64,000 nt of DNA from Barthelona sp. PCE. Lineage: Eukaryota. The notes under the pieces are model-generated. The model was not told where the DNA came from. It saw nothing but the letters and a program-made list of their open reading frames with translations, and ran no database searches. Below, in pieces: positions 49,001 through 56,455 of this stretch. The translations under genes and the position numbers were made by a program. The stretch spans positions 186,001 through 250,000 of the forward strand of contig JAUFOR010000004.1 of assembly GCA_040285745.1 (NCBI GenBank). Reading direction: 5' to 3'. Every line of letters begins with the position of its first letter. Within the stretch, counting starts at the first letter, position 1.

Positions 49001-49683
49001 CCCGGGGAGACCATGTACAGGTAGTACTGGAGCGATTTGAGACGTGACTGCGCCAGGGGGTTGTCGATAGGCTTGAGTAGATTGATTGCGGTATTCGCGT
49101 GTGAAGAATCAAGTGATATGACTGTTGCGAGCGAAAGTAGCTCTGCCTTGAGGATAATAGAATCCTCATCATCTTGGATGCTTGCTATGACTTGCGTTAT
49201 GTGTTTGGCAATGTCGCTCGGGTTAGCGAGTCGAAGTGCTGCTTTTCCAATATGTGCTGCCGTTATTCCGAGGTTATAAAGCCAGTAATGGAACGATTCG
49301 TTCGACTGGGCAATGTCTATGGCCCTTTCCAGGAATGAAAATGCTTCCTTTAAAATTTCTGTTTTCTGCGGTTCGTTGGTTAATAAACACCTTGAATGGC
49401 ATAGTAGCGCCTTCTGCTGGCACGCAAACACGTAGTACTGATCAGGAATTGCTTGATGGGCGAAATAGAGATCAAGTAGTTCAGTTGCAAGCGCAATGTT
49501 GGCCCTGTTCAAGGATACGAATGCGATGGTCGGTAGCACCTGGAGCAGTTCAATCGATTTCTCAGGGCTAATGTCCAGGTTTGCTTGAATGCTATTCATA
49601 AACGCGAACGCCTCTCTGTGAAACATTTCCGCATCACTCACTTCGTCAAGATATTCTATGAAGTGCTTGTGTTGATGGGACAT
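43018..49683 (-). CDS. CFAP46: Cilia- and flagella-associated protein 46 (TTC40)-like
   Basis: 2221-aa TPR-like helical protein with N-terminal FHYWLYN, K/G/P-rich linker, and C-terminal FDR...RFQSPLDVRK...LSLIARG resembling CFAP46. Confidence 0.65.
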   Translation of the reverse strand: MSHQHKHFIEYLDEVSDAEMFHREAFAFMNSIQANLDISPEKSIELLQVLPTIAFVSLNRANIALATELLDLYFAHQAIPDQYYVFACQQKALLCHSRCLLTNEPQKTEILKEAFSFLERAIDIAQSNESFHYWLYNLGITAAHIGKAALRLANPSDIAKHITQVIASIQDDEDSIILKAELLSLATVISLDSSHANTAINLLKPIDNPLAQSRLKSLQYYLYMVSPGGKKEGGTVASLIPYVFKDGRTLTESDLVSALSSIKELAPFFKKDKKQEARPLEPTQLPVAALYECALALHVALIHGVSGTYVSFLSDSLHMSVSLNTTTQALLLVCDAQMLYAATTSTQKSRLSRANVTMHVSCLRKCVEAATLFLNGEICGHLHLHFVVCFAFDLFKVLMQIPAQNKIVYDSIVALHSALDHIQTSDNRLFVQLASLVAELSLSEDMVDSARNLTGHALTIEVMGNKGVHSELLAINHLSVLKSNMYVIPDKPWERALVSLRKLQGLTHPGLKNAAIDSIMTELLEEKSRCLALKAEETEIELFDSSMAFDVTTRVIEACWSAPRCPQFVDDLFESMDLFYESIPEKSLKHEVRFCDANIIRAEVMLLRRFEQMPMNVSMNDEYLPLSLLAKALRDVALMCKGKENMQTVLMNVCTMLLNHCSPVFEAGLFFLIDDLYPTLLEILDVIQGFENIGKRNPILIAHIFSIAITAGEQAHYSIAQVDAKPKGKAPKGKPPKGKPPKGKPKQPVEEEQAVEEPPEPYAPEFDSAILTITNHFGFFREKQQAFPAAEITLFKKLFGMIDIDEGKEYLFIDLVSNLARCMHSSKSFSADFFPRLLSHVAVSEVYHITHELSDFSKTTSSFITPILEGDQLESLNVICCLLPVVSALASDNALSAHQMGASICEKIYAALEEQDVSSTDKNVANAFVVVTTAYANCVYRMLNMSQTEELRRRKLIGVLQQIAPAIEAACSQTDGVSLAALIDYANFILYHIPKPLPNTLHDLLKRMCTAFLRFSLDNRDEFMNDTPELYESRVCLLLYFLDTVQSNLLSGISLDEDEDGEQEEATMLIDTAFPVIPQSLHLPLLSTYAFVAAKANRPISSILARLSVLQAPVKARVLGSFALHSDFTSQVLDAVSIAVQALKDEESLTEKAQLYANYAQFVMRANIAAGVSVEDNDKSAGIKSACEILELATNLLLELDEFYLGVVFDESGSNERRNTAMTEAKSRVSRFSSRTRSTRSRFSKRSSRKMGSIASMRSSMSGRTALTLATSRKSMLQARVGDFEVLTLSQLSMLASLFVQRGMIETANVRTYLRCATWAMDQMIARSCHCLNQMENGDELPTFFDEANERLIVNQPFDPTDDELLTDEFLEKCRDPSAAFDQWTVNRRTVSPDVGISYFVILIDLLFEHGVHFLLPSVIRVLDIILQNNIYYSAYRAVVMTRYANVELSEEDMSVIEIAIGDAYSLSLRGSATDTAPTHIHQATPLSPRHWLNHMASFLIKMGHVSMAEECVSVVTALCKCVNDEALRRSALVKSAWLSARRWLLSDARSDLAEITSLHEVSFLDKSLYESAYNAVLSSEMGYTPIGEYAILERLRFCLISGSADVYKEVMIEFIPLFGTMVQQDVLNAARLLFNALPSILELFIGDFHPSIVEDICGQLAIITSELSQKLNRCSRTTAGRGIIEDYFMMSVIVTAILTLGLPKIEIVEFQNAGAYVFALLNDIDRDSITIQPLLKIYDVLSHLTRFYLNDEDEIKTDVSDAIKDIMPITSPDPRWQLHLLRINAFLCEEVCTVCPSFLQLAHDIQSSFDLLKLQLSDERINTRDSATFACSNDWFVANIIEYTPWEHRAVYSPPMQRLFGVKLMALDRNRVFVSIVKNSLSVNLIEKTITEPVADKKDKKKKSKSRVDLAASQESNIEKKTKVVHKELLNVAFDNAKFKAARNEWYENLFRLRSTVATALNDEMVTEMYEVMQESTDLLNEFVSEALQLVVNMYTPLTENPEPEEIPPIDMDEFDVFFTPALVITGLSTINGVPGCLGVSSCLSASNETENEKEKEKKTKDEKYTVLVDPTRHDTESVLAPITSTIDLRMPSSSCMQRLLRTNQLLFLVLMGTLGDRITPNDLYSLDISGATVVIFDRIYNEGYNRFQSPLDVRKTNSALELAYPDVMTLSLIARGAKIVAMPLYPRNIAKCAPLLEDYDEMGLECLNLGEIPTIRIGN

Positions 49684-49870
49684 GCAGTTTAATATACAAA
49701 AGTGAAAGGGGATGAAAGCAATAAAACACCATCTTGATGTGAAGCCTGTATTGTATCATTTACATATGCTTAAGCCAACAAATGAGGAACCTTGGGGTGA
49801 TTCAGAAGGTGATAGTCCACCGAATAACGTTTTACACAGATATCTAAAAAAATTGGGAATTCAAAGCTTC

Positions 49871-51712
49871 TTAATACAAAAATTTGTCTATCATGGGCGA
49901 ATTCTCATTGGATCCCTCGGCAATGATGGTGTATTGGACAGGCGCGTTTTCATCGTCACTACTAGTCGTTACAAGAGCCTCTGTCGGTTCTCTGATCATC
50001 GTAAAACTATCATCTTCTGCTGAAGAGATGAAGAATTCACTTCCAACATCGTCCATGCCATCGTCTGGGAGCTGCAGGAACGGATTTTTCACTAGGGCTG
50101 GAAATTGTGAGATGATGTAAGGTAGTTCATGCTTGGCTCGGTGCTTATACAGAGAGAAGAGCTGACACTTTTGAAGCGTACGAATCCAGTCAACCATACT
50201 GTCCTTCTGGGCGATACACACTAGAGGGAACCTGGATATGTGGAACAAAAGATCATCTCCTGGAAGAAGTTCCTGTCTGTGTCTGCCGTCAAAAGCAACC
50301 CATACGGAGCCTCGGCTCGTCGGGGAGCATCTCACGGTCATCTCAGAACTCTCAGGGAGCAACAGCGGTCGAAAAGAAAGGGAGTGAGGGCAGATGGGTG
50401 TCATTATCACTCCACTTGTTGAAGGGTGAGTGACACTTCCTCCAGCACTCAAAGAATACGCTGTAGAACCTGAAGGGGTTGCAAAAATGACACCATCCGC
50501 CTGGACGTTTGTGAAGAAGACAGAGTCGATGAAGCATTCGAGATTGCTCAAGTACGGGTTTTGACCACGGTCGACTACGATTTCGTTGAGTACCTGGTAC
50601 CGTTCCTGTTCGATAACACCTTTGCGCCTGAACGCACCGCAAATACGCGTCCTAACGAAGATTGGGAAGTTTCCAGTGAGGACGAGCTCGATAGCCGTTG
50701 CGTACTGATCAATGTAAAAAGAAGTTAAAAACCCTCGTTTTCCAATGTGGAACGGGAGGATGGGCGGGATGTCCTGGTCAAACAGGTCGCTGGCAGACAG
50801 CACAACCCCATCTCCGCCAACAGTGATGACGAAATCGACCGACTGTGAAAATTTGGAGAAAACACTATCCTTTCTTGGTGTCGCCCTGGGAATGAACGAG
50901 CTGATGTTGAGCTCACCTACAAACGAGAGAGAAGGTCCGATAGTCTTTTGTACGGTTTCCTTCTCAGGTGCAAATTCAAAACCAAACTCGGCAGCGTCTG
51001 CTGGCAATAGAGATTCATGCGGTATGAAAACATTAAAGTCCCGATCGACGAGGTACTTACCCACCACCATGGCTGCTTTAAACGATACCATATCGGTTTC
51101 TTTCCAAAGTATCATTACACGCCGTGGCTGTTCATCCCATATGATACGCAGCTCCTGGCTCGGGACAAGACCAATGCTCTTGATGCCATTGTCACTCACC
51201 GTGTGTAATACTGCTGGGTCATCAGGTTGCACACTCTTTGAAATTTTGAATGATGCACGTTTTTCTTGGTTAACTGGCTCACAGACAATCTCCTTCGATA
51301 TACCTGACGTGACAATGTTCGAGGGGACAATTCTGTGATGTCTTAAGGCCGGAAACTTGTGTAGGAAATCGCAGCAATAGTTGCAATAAAACTTGCTGCA
51401 GTCCAGGCAATATTTAACTGCAGCATTCTCCCCGTCATGGGAGCATATGTGCTTGTATGTGACTGGCATTGGATGACCCACCTCCTTACATATTGCTAGG
51501 CATTTGGAACAAATATTTCCACAATCAGTACAATGATATATCGCTACTCTACTCTCACAATCCTCACATAGGAAGTCTTCTGGGATTTTTGAACGTGGAA
51601 TTACCCCTCCAATAGGACCTTCATCCTCAGATGATGAAGAATCCGTGAAAAACTCGAGTTCATCGGGTATTAGGATGTCTGGACTGGCAGTACGAAAGAT
51701 ACTAAAGCTCAT
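49871..51712 (-). CDS. NADK: NAD+ kinase with N-terminal B-box-type zinc fingers
   Basis: VGGDG, LNE, QADG...ATPSGSTAYSLSAGG, TPICPHSLSFRP; N-terminal CxxC...CxxC...CxxC...H clusters; ATG at 51712. Confidence 0.92.
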   Translation of the reverse strand: MSFSIFRTASPDILIPDELEFFTDSSSSEDEGPIGGVIPRSKIPEDFLCEDCESRVAIYHCTDCGNICSKCLAICKEVGHPMPVTYKHICSHDGENAAVKYCLDCSKFYCNYCCDFLHKFPALRHHRIVPSNIVTSGISKEIVCEPVNQEKRASFKISKSVQPDDPAVLHTVSDNGIKSIGLVPSQELRIIWDEQPRRVMILWKETDMVSFKAAMVVGKYLVDRDFNVFIPHESLLPADAAEFGFEFAPEKETVQKTIGPSLSFVGELNISSFIPRATPRKDSVFSKFSQSVDFVITVGGDGVVLSASDLFDQDIPPILPFHIGKRGFLTSFYIDQYATAIELVLTGNFPIFVRTRICGAFRRKGVIEQERYQVLNEIVVDRGQNPYLSNLECFIDSVFFTNVQADGVIFATPSGSTAYSLSAGGSVTHPSTSGVIMTPICPHSLSFRPLLLPESSEMTVRCSPTSRGSVWVAFDGRHRQELLPGDDLLFHISRFPLVCIAQKDSMVDWIRTLQKCQLFSLYKHRAKHELPYIISQFPALVKNPFLQLPDDGMDDVGSEFFISSAEDDSFTMIREPTEALVTTSSDDENAPVQYTIIAEGSNENSPMIDKFLY

Positions 51713-51784
51713 ACGTACGCCATGAACGAGTGAAATGATGGATGTTTGATGTAACAAGCTATTTGCAATATCTTACTTTTTTAC

Positions 51785-52663
51785 ATGTTCATTGCTGGTG
51801 TTGAAACAGGTGGAACTACTTTTGTCATTACAATTTGGACCGAGGATACTCGAGAAGTCATCGAAGAATTAGAAATTCCTACTTTGATGCCAGAGGAAAC
51901 TCTTGGGGCTGTTGTTGAATTCCTGGACAAATATGAGGGACAAATGAAGGCGATTGGCGTTGCCTCATTTGGTCCAGTTGATTTGTGCAAAACTTCAGAA
52001 ACATATGGTTTCATTACAACGACACCCAAACCAAACTGGGCGTTTGTGGATGTACTAGGTCCCCTGCGCAAGTATAACGTCCCCATAGGTTTTGATACGG
52101 ATGTTAACGCTGCGGCTATGGGTGAGAAGTTTTATGGTGAGCATGGAGATATTTCCTCGATTGCATACATCACAGTTGGTACCGGTATCGGCGTAGGTCT
52201 TTGCGTGCCGAGCCCCGTCCACGGTATTATTCACCCAGAAGGCGGTCATATGCAGACTGCTCTATCCGAAAACGATACCTTTGAGGGTTGCTGTCCATTC
52301 CACGGTAAGTGCATCGAGGGCATGTGCGCGTCTAATGCCATTTCCAAGAGGTGTGGAATTGAACGCACCGAACTGCACACCATCTCTGACGATGATGAGG
52401 TGTGGAATCATGTCGCCCATTACCTTGCTCACTGTTGCGCCAATATCACCTTCCTCACAAGCGTCGAGAAGATCGTCCTCTCCGGTGGTGTCATGAAGCG
52501 ATCTCTCTTATTCGGGCTCATTCGTAAGAGATTCACCGAAATTATCAACGGTTACTTGAAACACGATAGGCTTACGGACATTGATACATACATCGTGCCT
52601 TCAGTCAACGGAAACCGTGCCGGTGCGGTTGGTGCTTATACACTGGCTTTACAGGCTTTGTAA
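51785..52663 (+). CDS. ROK-family sugar kinase (bacterial fructokinase-like)
   Basis: GVETGGT, FGPVD...ITTTPKPNW, DTDVNAAA, ITVGTGIG, HPEGGH, CPFHGKCIEG. Confidence 0.92.
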   Translation: MFIAGVETGGTTFVITIWTEDTREVIEELEIPTLMPEETLGAVVEFLDKYEGQMKAIGVASFGPVDLCKTSETYGFITTTPKPNWAFVDVLGPLRKYNVPIGFDTDVNAAAMGEKFYGEHGDISSIAYITVGTGIGVGLCVPSPVHGIIHPEGGHMQTALSENDTFEGCCPFHGKCIEGMCASNAISKRCGIERTELHTISDDDEVWNHVAHYLAHCCANITFLTSVEKIVLSGGVMKRSLLFGLIRKRFTEIINGYLKHDRLTDIDTYIVPSVNGNRAGAVGAYTLALQAL

Positions 52664-52672
52664 ATTATTTGA

Positions 52673-54043
52673 CTACAGGCTTATTTGACTACAATAATCG
52701 TCTAGAACCTCAACAAGCGAGGCAATATGTCCGATGCTATGTCTCTCCTGTACATTGAATGCGACTGCGTATATCTTTGAGCTCTCGCATTTCGTATCGT
52801 GGATTATCTCAATTGCGATTCTCCTCTCTCGGAAGAAAACGATGCATCCTGCAACCACGACAGGTGAGCTCAGCGTGACGACCTTGCGCGGCGAAATGGG
52901 ATCACTAAGCAGATTGCATTCGATTCCATGTTTCTTTAGCATGTCAAAGAGCATTCGGTGGACGAGGCGCGCCCTCTCCCCAAGACGCTTGGATCCATCA
53001 AGTCGCTTGAGTACCGATACAGAAGCCATACAATGGAAAGTTGGTATTGTTGCAGAAAAAACGTAGCCCAGTGCAGTTAGTCTTTGATGTTCGATCACCT
53101 CAGCGTCAGAAGATATGCAAAACCCACCCATGCTACCCACAGCATTTTCGTATGAACCCAGAAGTAAATCGACATCAGAAAGAGATAAGGAGTGATAGTC
53201 CAAACTACCAAGACCCTTCTTACCAAGGACTGCGAGTGCAAGGGCATCGTCAACCACAACAATTACATTATACTCTTTGGCAATGTGAACAAACTCAGGA
53301 AGGTTGGCGACGCATCCAGTTTTTTCATAAATTCCCTCGAGAATAACAAAACTCCGCCCGTTTTTCGCCCGTGGATGCAGACGGACGACCCTTTCGAAGT
53401 CATCCGCATCGTTGTGACGGAAAATGACACGCTTTGCCTTGGTAAGAGCGATACCTGTCAGCAAACCGGCACAAATAAGTTCATCAACGAAAACAATGTC
53501 CCTTTTGTGCGCAAATACCGAAAGTACACTCATACGAGCTGAGTAAGCAAGCGGAAAATGTATACAATAAGCTTCCTCATTAAAAAGTTTTGAAGTTGTT
53601 TCCTCCAAGTCGAGATGCGGCTTAAGAGTGCCAAAAAATCCGCGGGGTCCACACGTTCCAACACCATATTCAGCTAATGTATCGATTGAATCCTCCAAAA
53701 TGCTAAATTCTTCCTCAAAGTTACGGTAATTTCGTGTTGCAAAATTTATAAACGTCCCATCACATGTGTTGAGGACAGGTCCGGGTTTTCCCTCAACCAC
53801 AATTACACTTGGTGATGAAGAGAGCATTGAACAGAGAGGATTAGGAGAAAACTCACTTATTATACGCTCATCTTCAATAAAATGCTCCATACTCTCATCT
53901 TCATCCACCGGTTGTTCAAGAAGCGATGTTTTTATGAGTGTAATGAAGAGGATGGCAACACAAATATAAAGCAGAACGTTTACCTTGAATTCGAGACCTT
54001 TGAAAAGTATTTGAACAAACTGGCCTACAAAATCGAGAGGCAT
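52673..54043 (-). CDS. LCB1: Serine palmitoyltransferase subunit 1 (LCB1/SPTLC1)
   Basis: N-terminal TM, YGVGTCGPRGFFGT, GYVFSA; lacks the PLP Lys (GSYENA), as expected for LCB1. Confidence 0.9.
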   Translation of the reverse strand: MPLDFVGQFVQILFKGLEFKVNVLLYICVAILFITLIKTSLLEQPVDEDESMEHFIEDERIISEFSPNPLCSMLSSSPSVIVVEGKPGPVLNTCDGTFINFATRNYRNFEEEFSILEDSIDTLAEYGVGTCGPRGFFGTLKPHLDLEETTSKLFNEEAYCIHFPLAYSARMSVLSVFAHKRDIVFVDELICAGLLTGIALTKAKRVIFRHNDADDFERVVRLHPRAKNGRSFVILEGIYEKTGCVANLPEFVHIAKEYNVIVVVDDALALAVLGKKGLGSLDYHSLSLSDVDLLLGSYENAVGSMGGFCISSDAEVIEHQRLTALGYVFSATIPTFHCMASVSVLKRLDGSKRLGERARLVHRMLFDMLKKHGIECNLLSDPISPRKVVTLSSPVVVAGCIVFFRERRIAIEIIHDTKCESSKIYAVAFNVQERHSIGHIASLVEVLDDYCSQISL

Positions 54044-54117
54044 TACTAAAAAAAAAAAAAGCCCAGAAAAGGTATTAAAGAAAAAAACAACTGTAAATAT
54101 TCTATGTTTTACTATTC

Positions 54118-55104
54118 CTACTTCTGCATCTCAAAGCCACTATAATCAGCACCGACCTTGCCCAAACAGTACCCAGCAAGCTCGTTACCAAGCGCAACAC
54201 ACTTTTCCATTGGGAAACCAGAAAGAATTCCAGCAAGTAGTCCGCCCACAAAAGAGTCACCAGCACCGTTTGTGTCAACAACAACATCGACAGCCCTCAC
54301 TGGATACATGGAAACAGTTCCATCTTGGAGCACAATTACGTCGTTTGCTCCACAAGTGCAGATCAAAGTTGGAATACCATATTTATCTTGTAGAAGACGC
54401 ATTGCAGCAAGCATCTTGTTATCTTCTGCAGGATTAGAAGAAAGCTTCTCGTACACAGCAGTATATTCAACATGGTTTCCGACCAATAATGAAGTGTGAG
54501 GAAAAACTTGATTAAGGCAATCCCAGAAGCCATAGACTACAAACGCATCGCTGAGATTAAGCATCAGGCGGTCGATCTTCTCTGTGTTTTGCATCAGGTT
54601 GACAATTTTATCGGTACTGTGGAGTAAAAAGAAGCCTGTGAGATAACAAATTGATGATTTTTCAATTGACTCAAGGGTTTGGTTATAAAAAGAGGTACTG
54701 TACTGGTTACTAGCCAGTACCAACGGGCCGAGAGAGCGTTCTCCAGATGGATCTGTTACACAAAGACATTTGCTGGTGCTCTCATTTTCCAAAATTTCAA
54801 GGAAAGTTTGGCATCCTTCAAAGGCGTGGGTGTAAACCAGCCCTATCTCATCGGCACCAATGGCGCCAGTGATTCCGATCTGATTGTTGACATTTAACTT
54901 TGTTGCAAGAAGTGCACGAATAGTATTACTGGCAGAACCACCTGGTACGTAAGTTGGTTTGCAAGGTAGATTGTCAAACACAGACGCTTCGTCTACTAGT
55001 TTTGTCTCACCAAATTTGAGAGAGCGCTCTTCAACGAAGGAACGAGGAGCTTCGATACAAACATCGATGATTGGGTTTGCGAAAGTAAGAAGATCAAAAT
55101 TCAT
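54118..55104 (-). CDS. ADK: Adenosine kinase (PfkB family)
   Basis: NPIID, PGGSASNT, LNLS, VDTNGAGDSFVGG. Confidence 0.88.
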   Translation of the reverse strand: MNFDLLTFANPIIDVCIEAPRSFVEERSLKFGETKLVDEASVFDNLPCKPTYVPGGSASNTIRALLATKLNVNNQIGITGAIGADEIGLVYTHAFEGCQTFLEILENESTSKCLCVTDPSGERSLGPLVLASNQYSTSFYNQTLESIEKSSICYLTGFFLLHSTDKIVNLMQNTEKIDRLMLNLSDAFVVYGFWDCLNQVFPHTSLLVGNHVEYTAVYEKLSSNPAEDNKMLAAMRLLQDKYGIPTLICTCGANDVIVLQDGTVSMYPVRAVDVVVDTNGAGDSFVGGLLAGILSGFPMEKCVALGNELAGYCLGKVGADYSGFEMQK

Positions 55105-55336
55105 GGTAAATTAAGCTAAATGGGCTGCGAAAAGCAGTGAAAAAGGTTTGTTAAATTAAACACGTTTAATGGTGGGAAATCTATCGATATCACAGAGTGG
55201 CATTGATTTTGTTTGTTCAGGCAGCTGCAAGTATAACTTTGTCCCCGAAATGGAGTGGATTGATATATAAAAAGATGATTAAAGTGTAGAAGAATGAATC
55301 AACTTGCAACAGATACAGTCATACATTTACTTGGCG

Positions 55337-56278
55337 TTACAGCTTGTGTCGAGGGCACGTGCTGTGTGTTTCTCTGAAGAAAGCGTGAAAGCGCGCTTGT
55401 GTTGTGGAAATTCTCTTGTGGGGTGCGTATACCATCATTGAGAGAAGTAGTTGTACTCCCTGTGCACTGAGGCCCCTAGAATGCAACTTTCCTGCAAGAT
55501 TCTGCCCATTGTATACTGGCCACGAGTCAGAAAATGCAGGAAGTTGGGAAATCCCAGGCCAAACTCGATTAGGTGCCATTCCTGTTGTGCTTTGCTCAGA
55601 TGGCGTCCCCAGAACCTTGAAAATTCTGCGCAGTTGATCTTTAGAGTTAGATCCTGGGAACAGAGGTCTCCCCAACACCATTTCTGCAAAGATGCAACCG
55701 ACAGACCACATGTCAACAGCGAATGAGTAGTTACGCTCCCCAATGAGCACCTCTGGCGGCCGATACCAGAGCGTGATTATCTCACTGGTGAGAGATCGAA
55801 TAGGTAGACCAATTGACCGCGCAAGACCGAAATCCGCTAGTTTAAGGGTTAAATCATCGTTAATCAGTAAATTCTGTGGTTTTAGGTCCCTGTGAAGCAC
55901 TCTATTTGTGTGGCAGTACTCAAGAGCTTCAATAATCTGTAAAAGAAAGCGGGCAACGTCAGCGATTGGAATCATTCCTATTTGTGCGTCCATGTACTTC
56001 TTGAGATCATATCTACAGTATTCAAACACAAGGGTGAGCTCACTGGCACTGTGTATGATGTCAACAAGACTGACAATGTTGTCATGATTGAGTTCTCTAA
56101 GAATTGAGATCTCGCGGACGGCTGTAGACGGGACTCCTTCATCCTGAGACTCAAGTTTGATCTTTTTTAATGCATAGATGTTACCATCTTCCAAACAACG
56201 AGCACGTACAACTATTCCGTACGTTCCACTTCCGAGTTCTTCAAGTTCTTCAAAGGTTTTTAAGTGTGTTGTGAACAT
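55337..56278 (-). CDS. Cyclin-dependent kinase (PSTAVRE; CDK1/CDK5/Pho85-like)
   Basis: GSGTYG, EGVPSTAVREIS, HRDLKPQN, DFGLAR, T-loop Thr in RSLTSEIITLWYR. Confidence 0.95.
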   Translation of the reverse strand: MFTTHLKTFEELEELGSGTYGIVVRARCLEDGNIYALKKIKLESQDEGVPSTAVREISILRELNHDNIVSLVDIIHSASELTLVFEYCRYDLKKYMDAQIGMIPIADVARFLLQIIEALEYCHTNRVLHRDLKPQNLLINDDLTLKLADFGLARSIGLPIRSLTSEIITLWYRPPEVLIGERNYSFAVDMWSVGCIFAEMVLGRPLFPGSNSKDQLRRIFKVLGTPSEQSTTGMAPNRVWPGISQLPAFSDSWPVYNGQNLAGKLHSRGLSAQGVQLLLSMMVYAPHKRISTTQARFHAFFRETHSTCPRHKL

Positions 56279-56455
56279 GAGCCCGATAAAACTGTAAAAA
56301 AGCCCCTCAACAATGACGAAAAGGTAAAAAAAAGGTTTTCAAGTGTAAAAATTAGTATTACTTAAAACACTGTAGATGGGTGATATACTCACAGTTCATC
56401 CACTTCAGTTGATTAAAAAATACAAAGAAGAAAAATATTTATTTTTGATATGATA

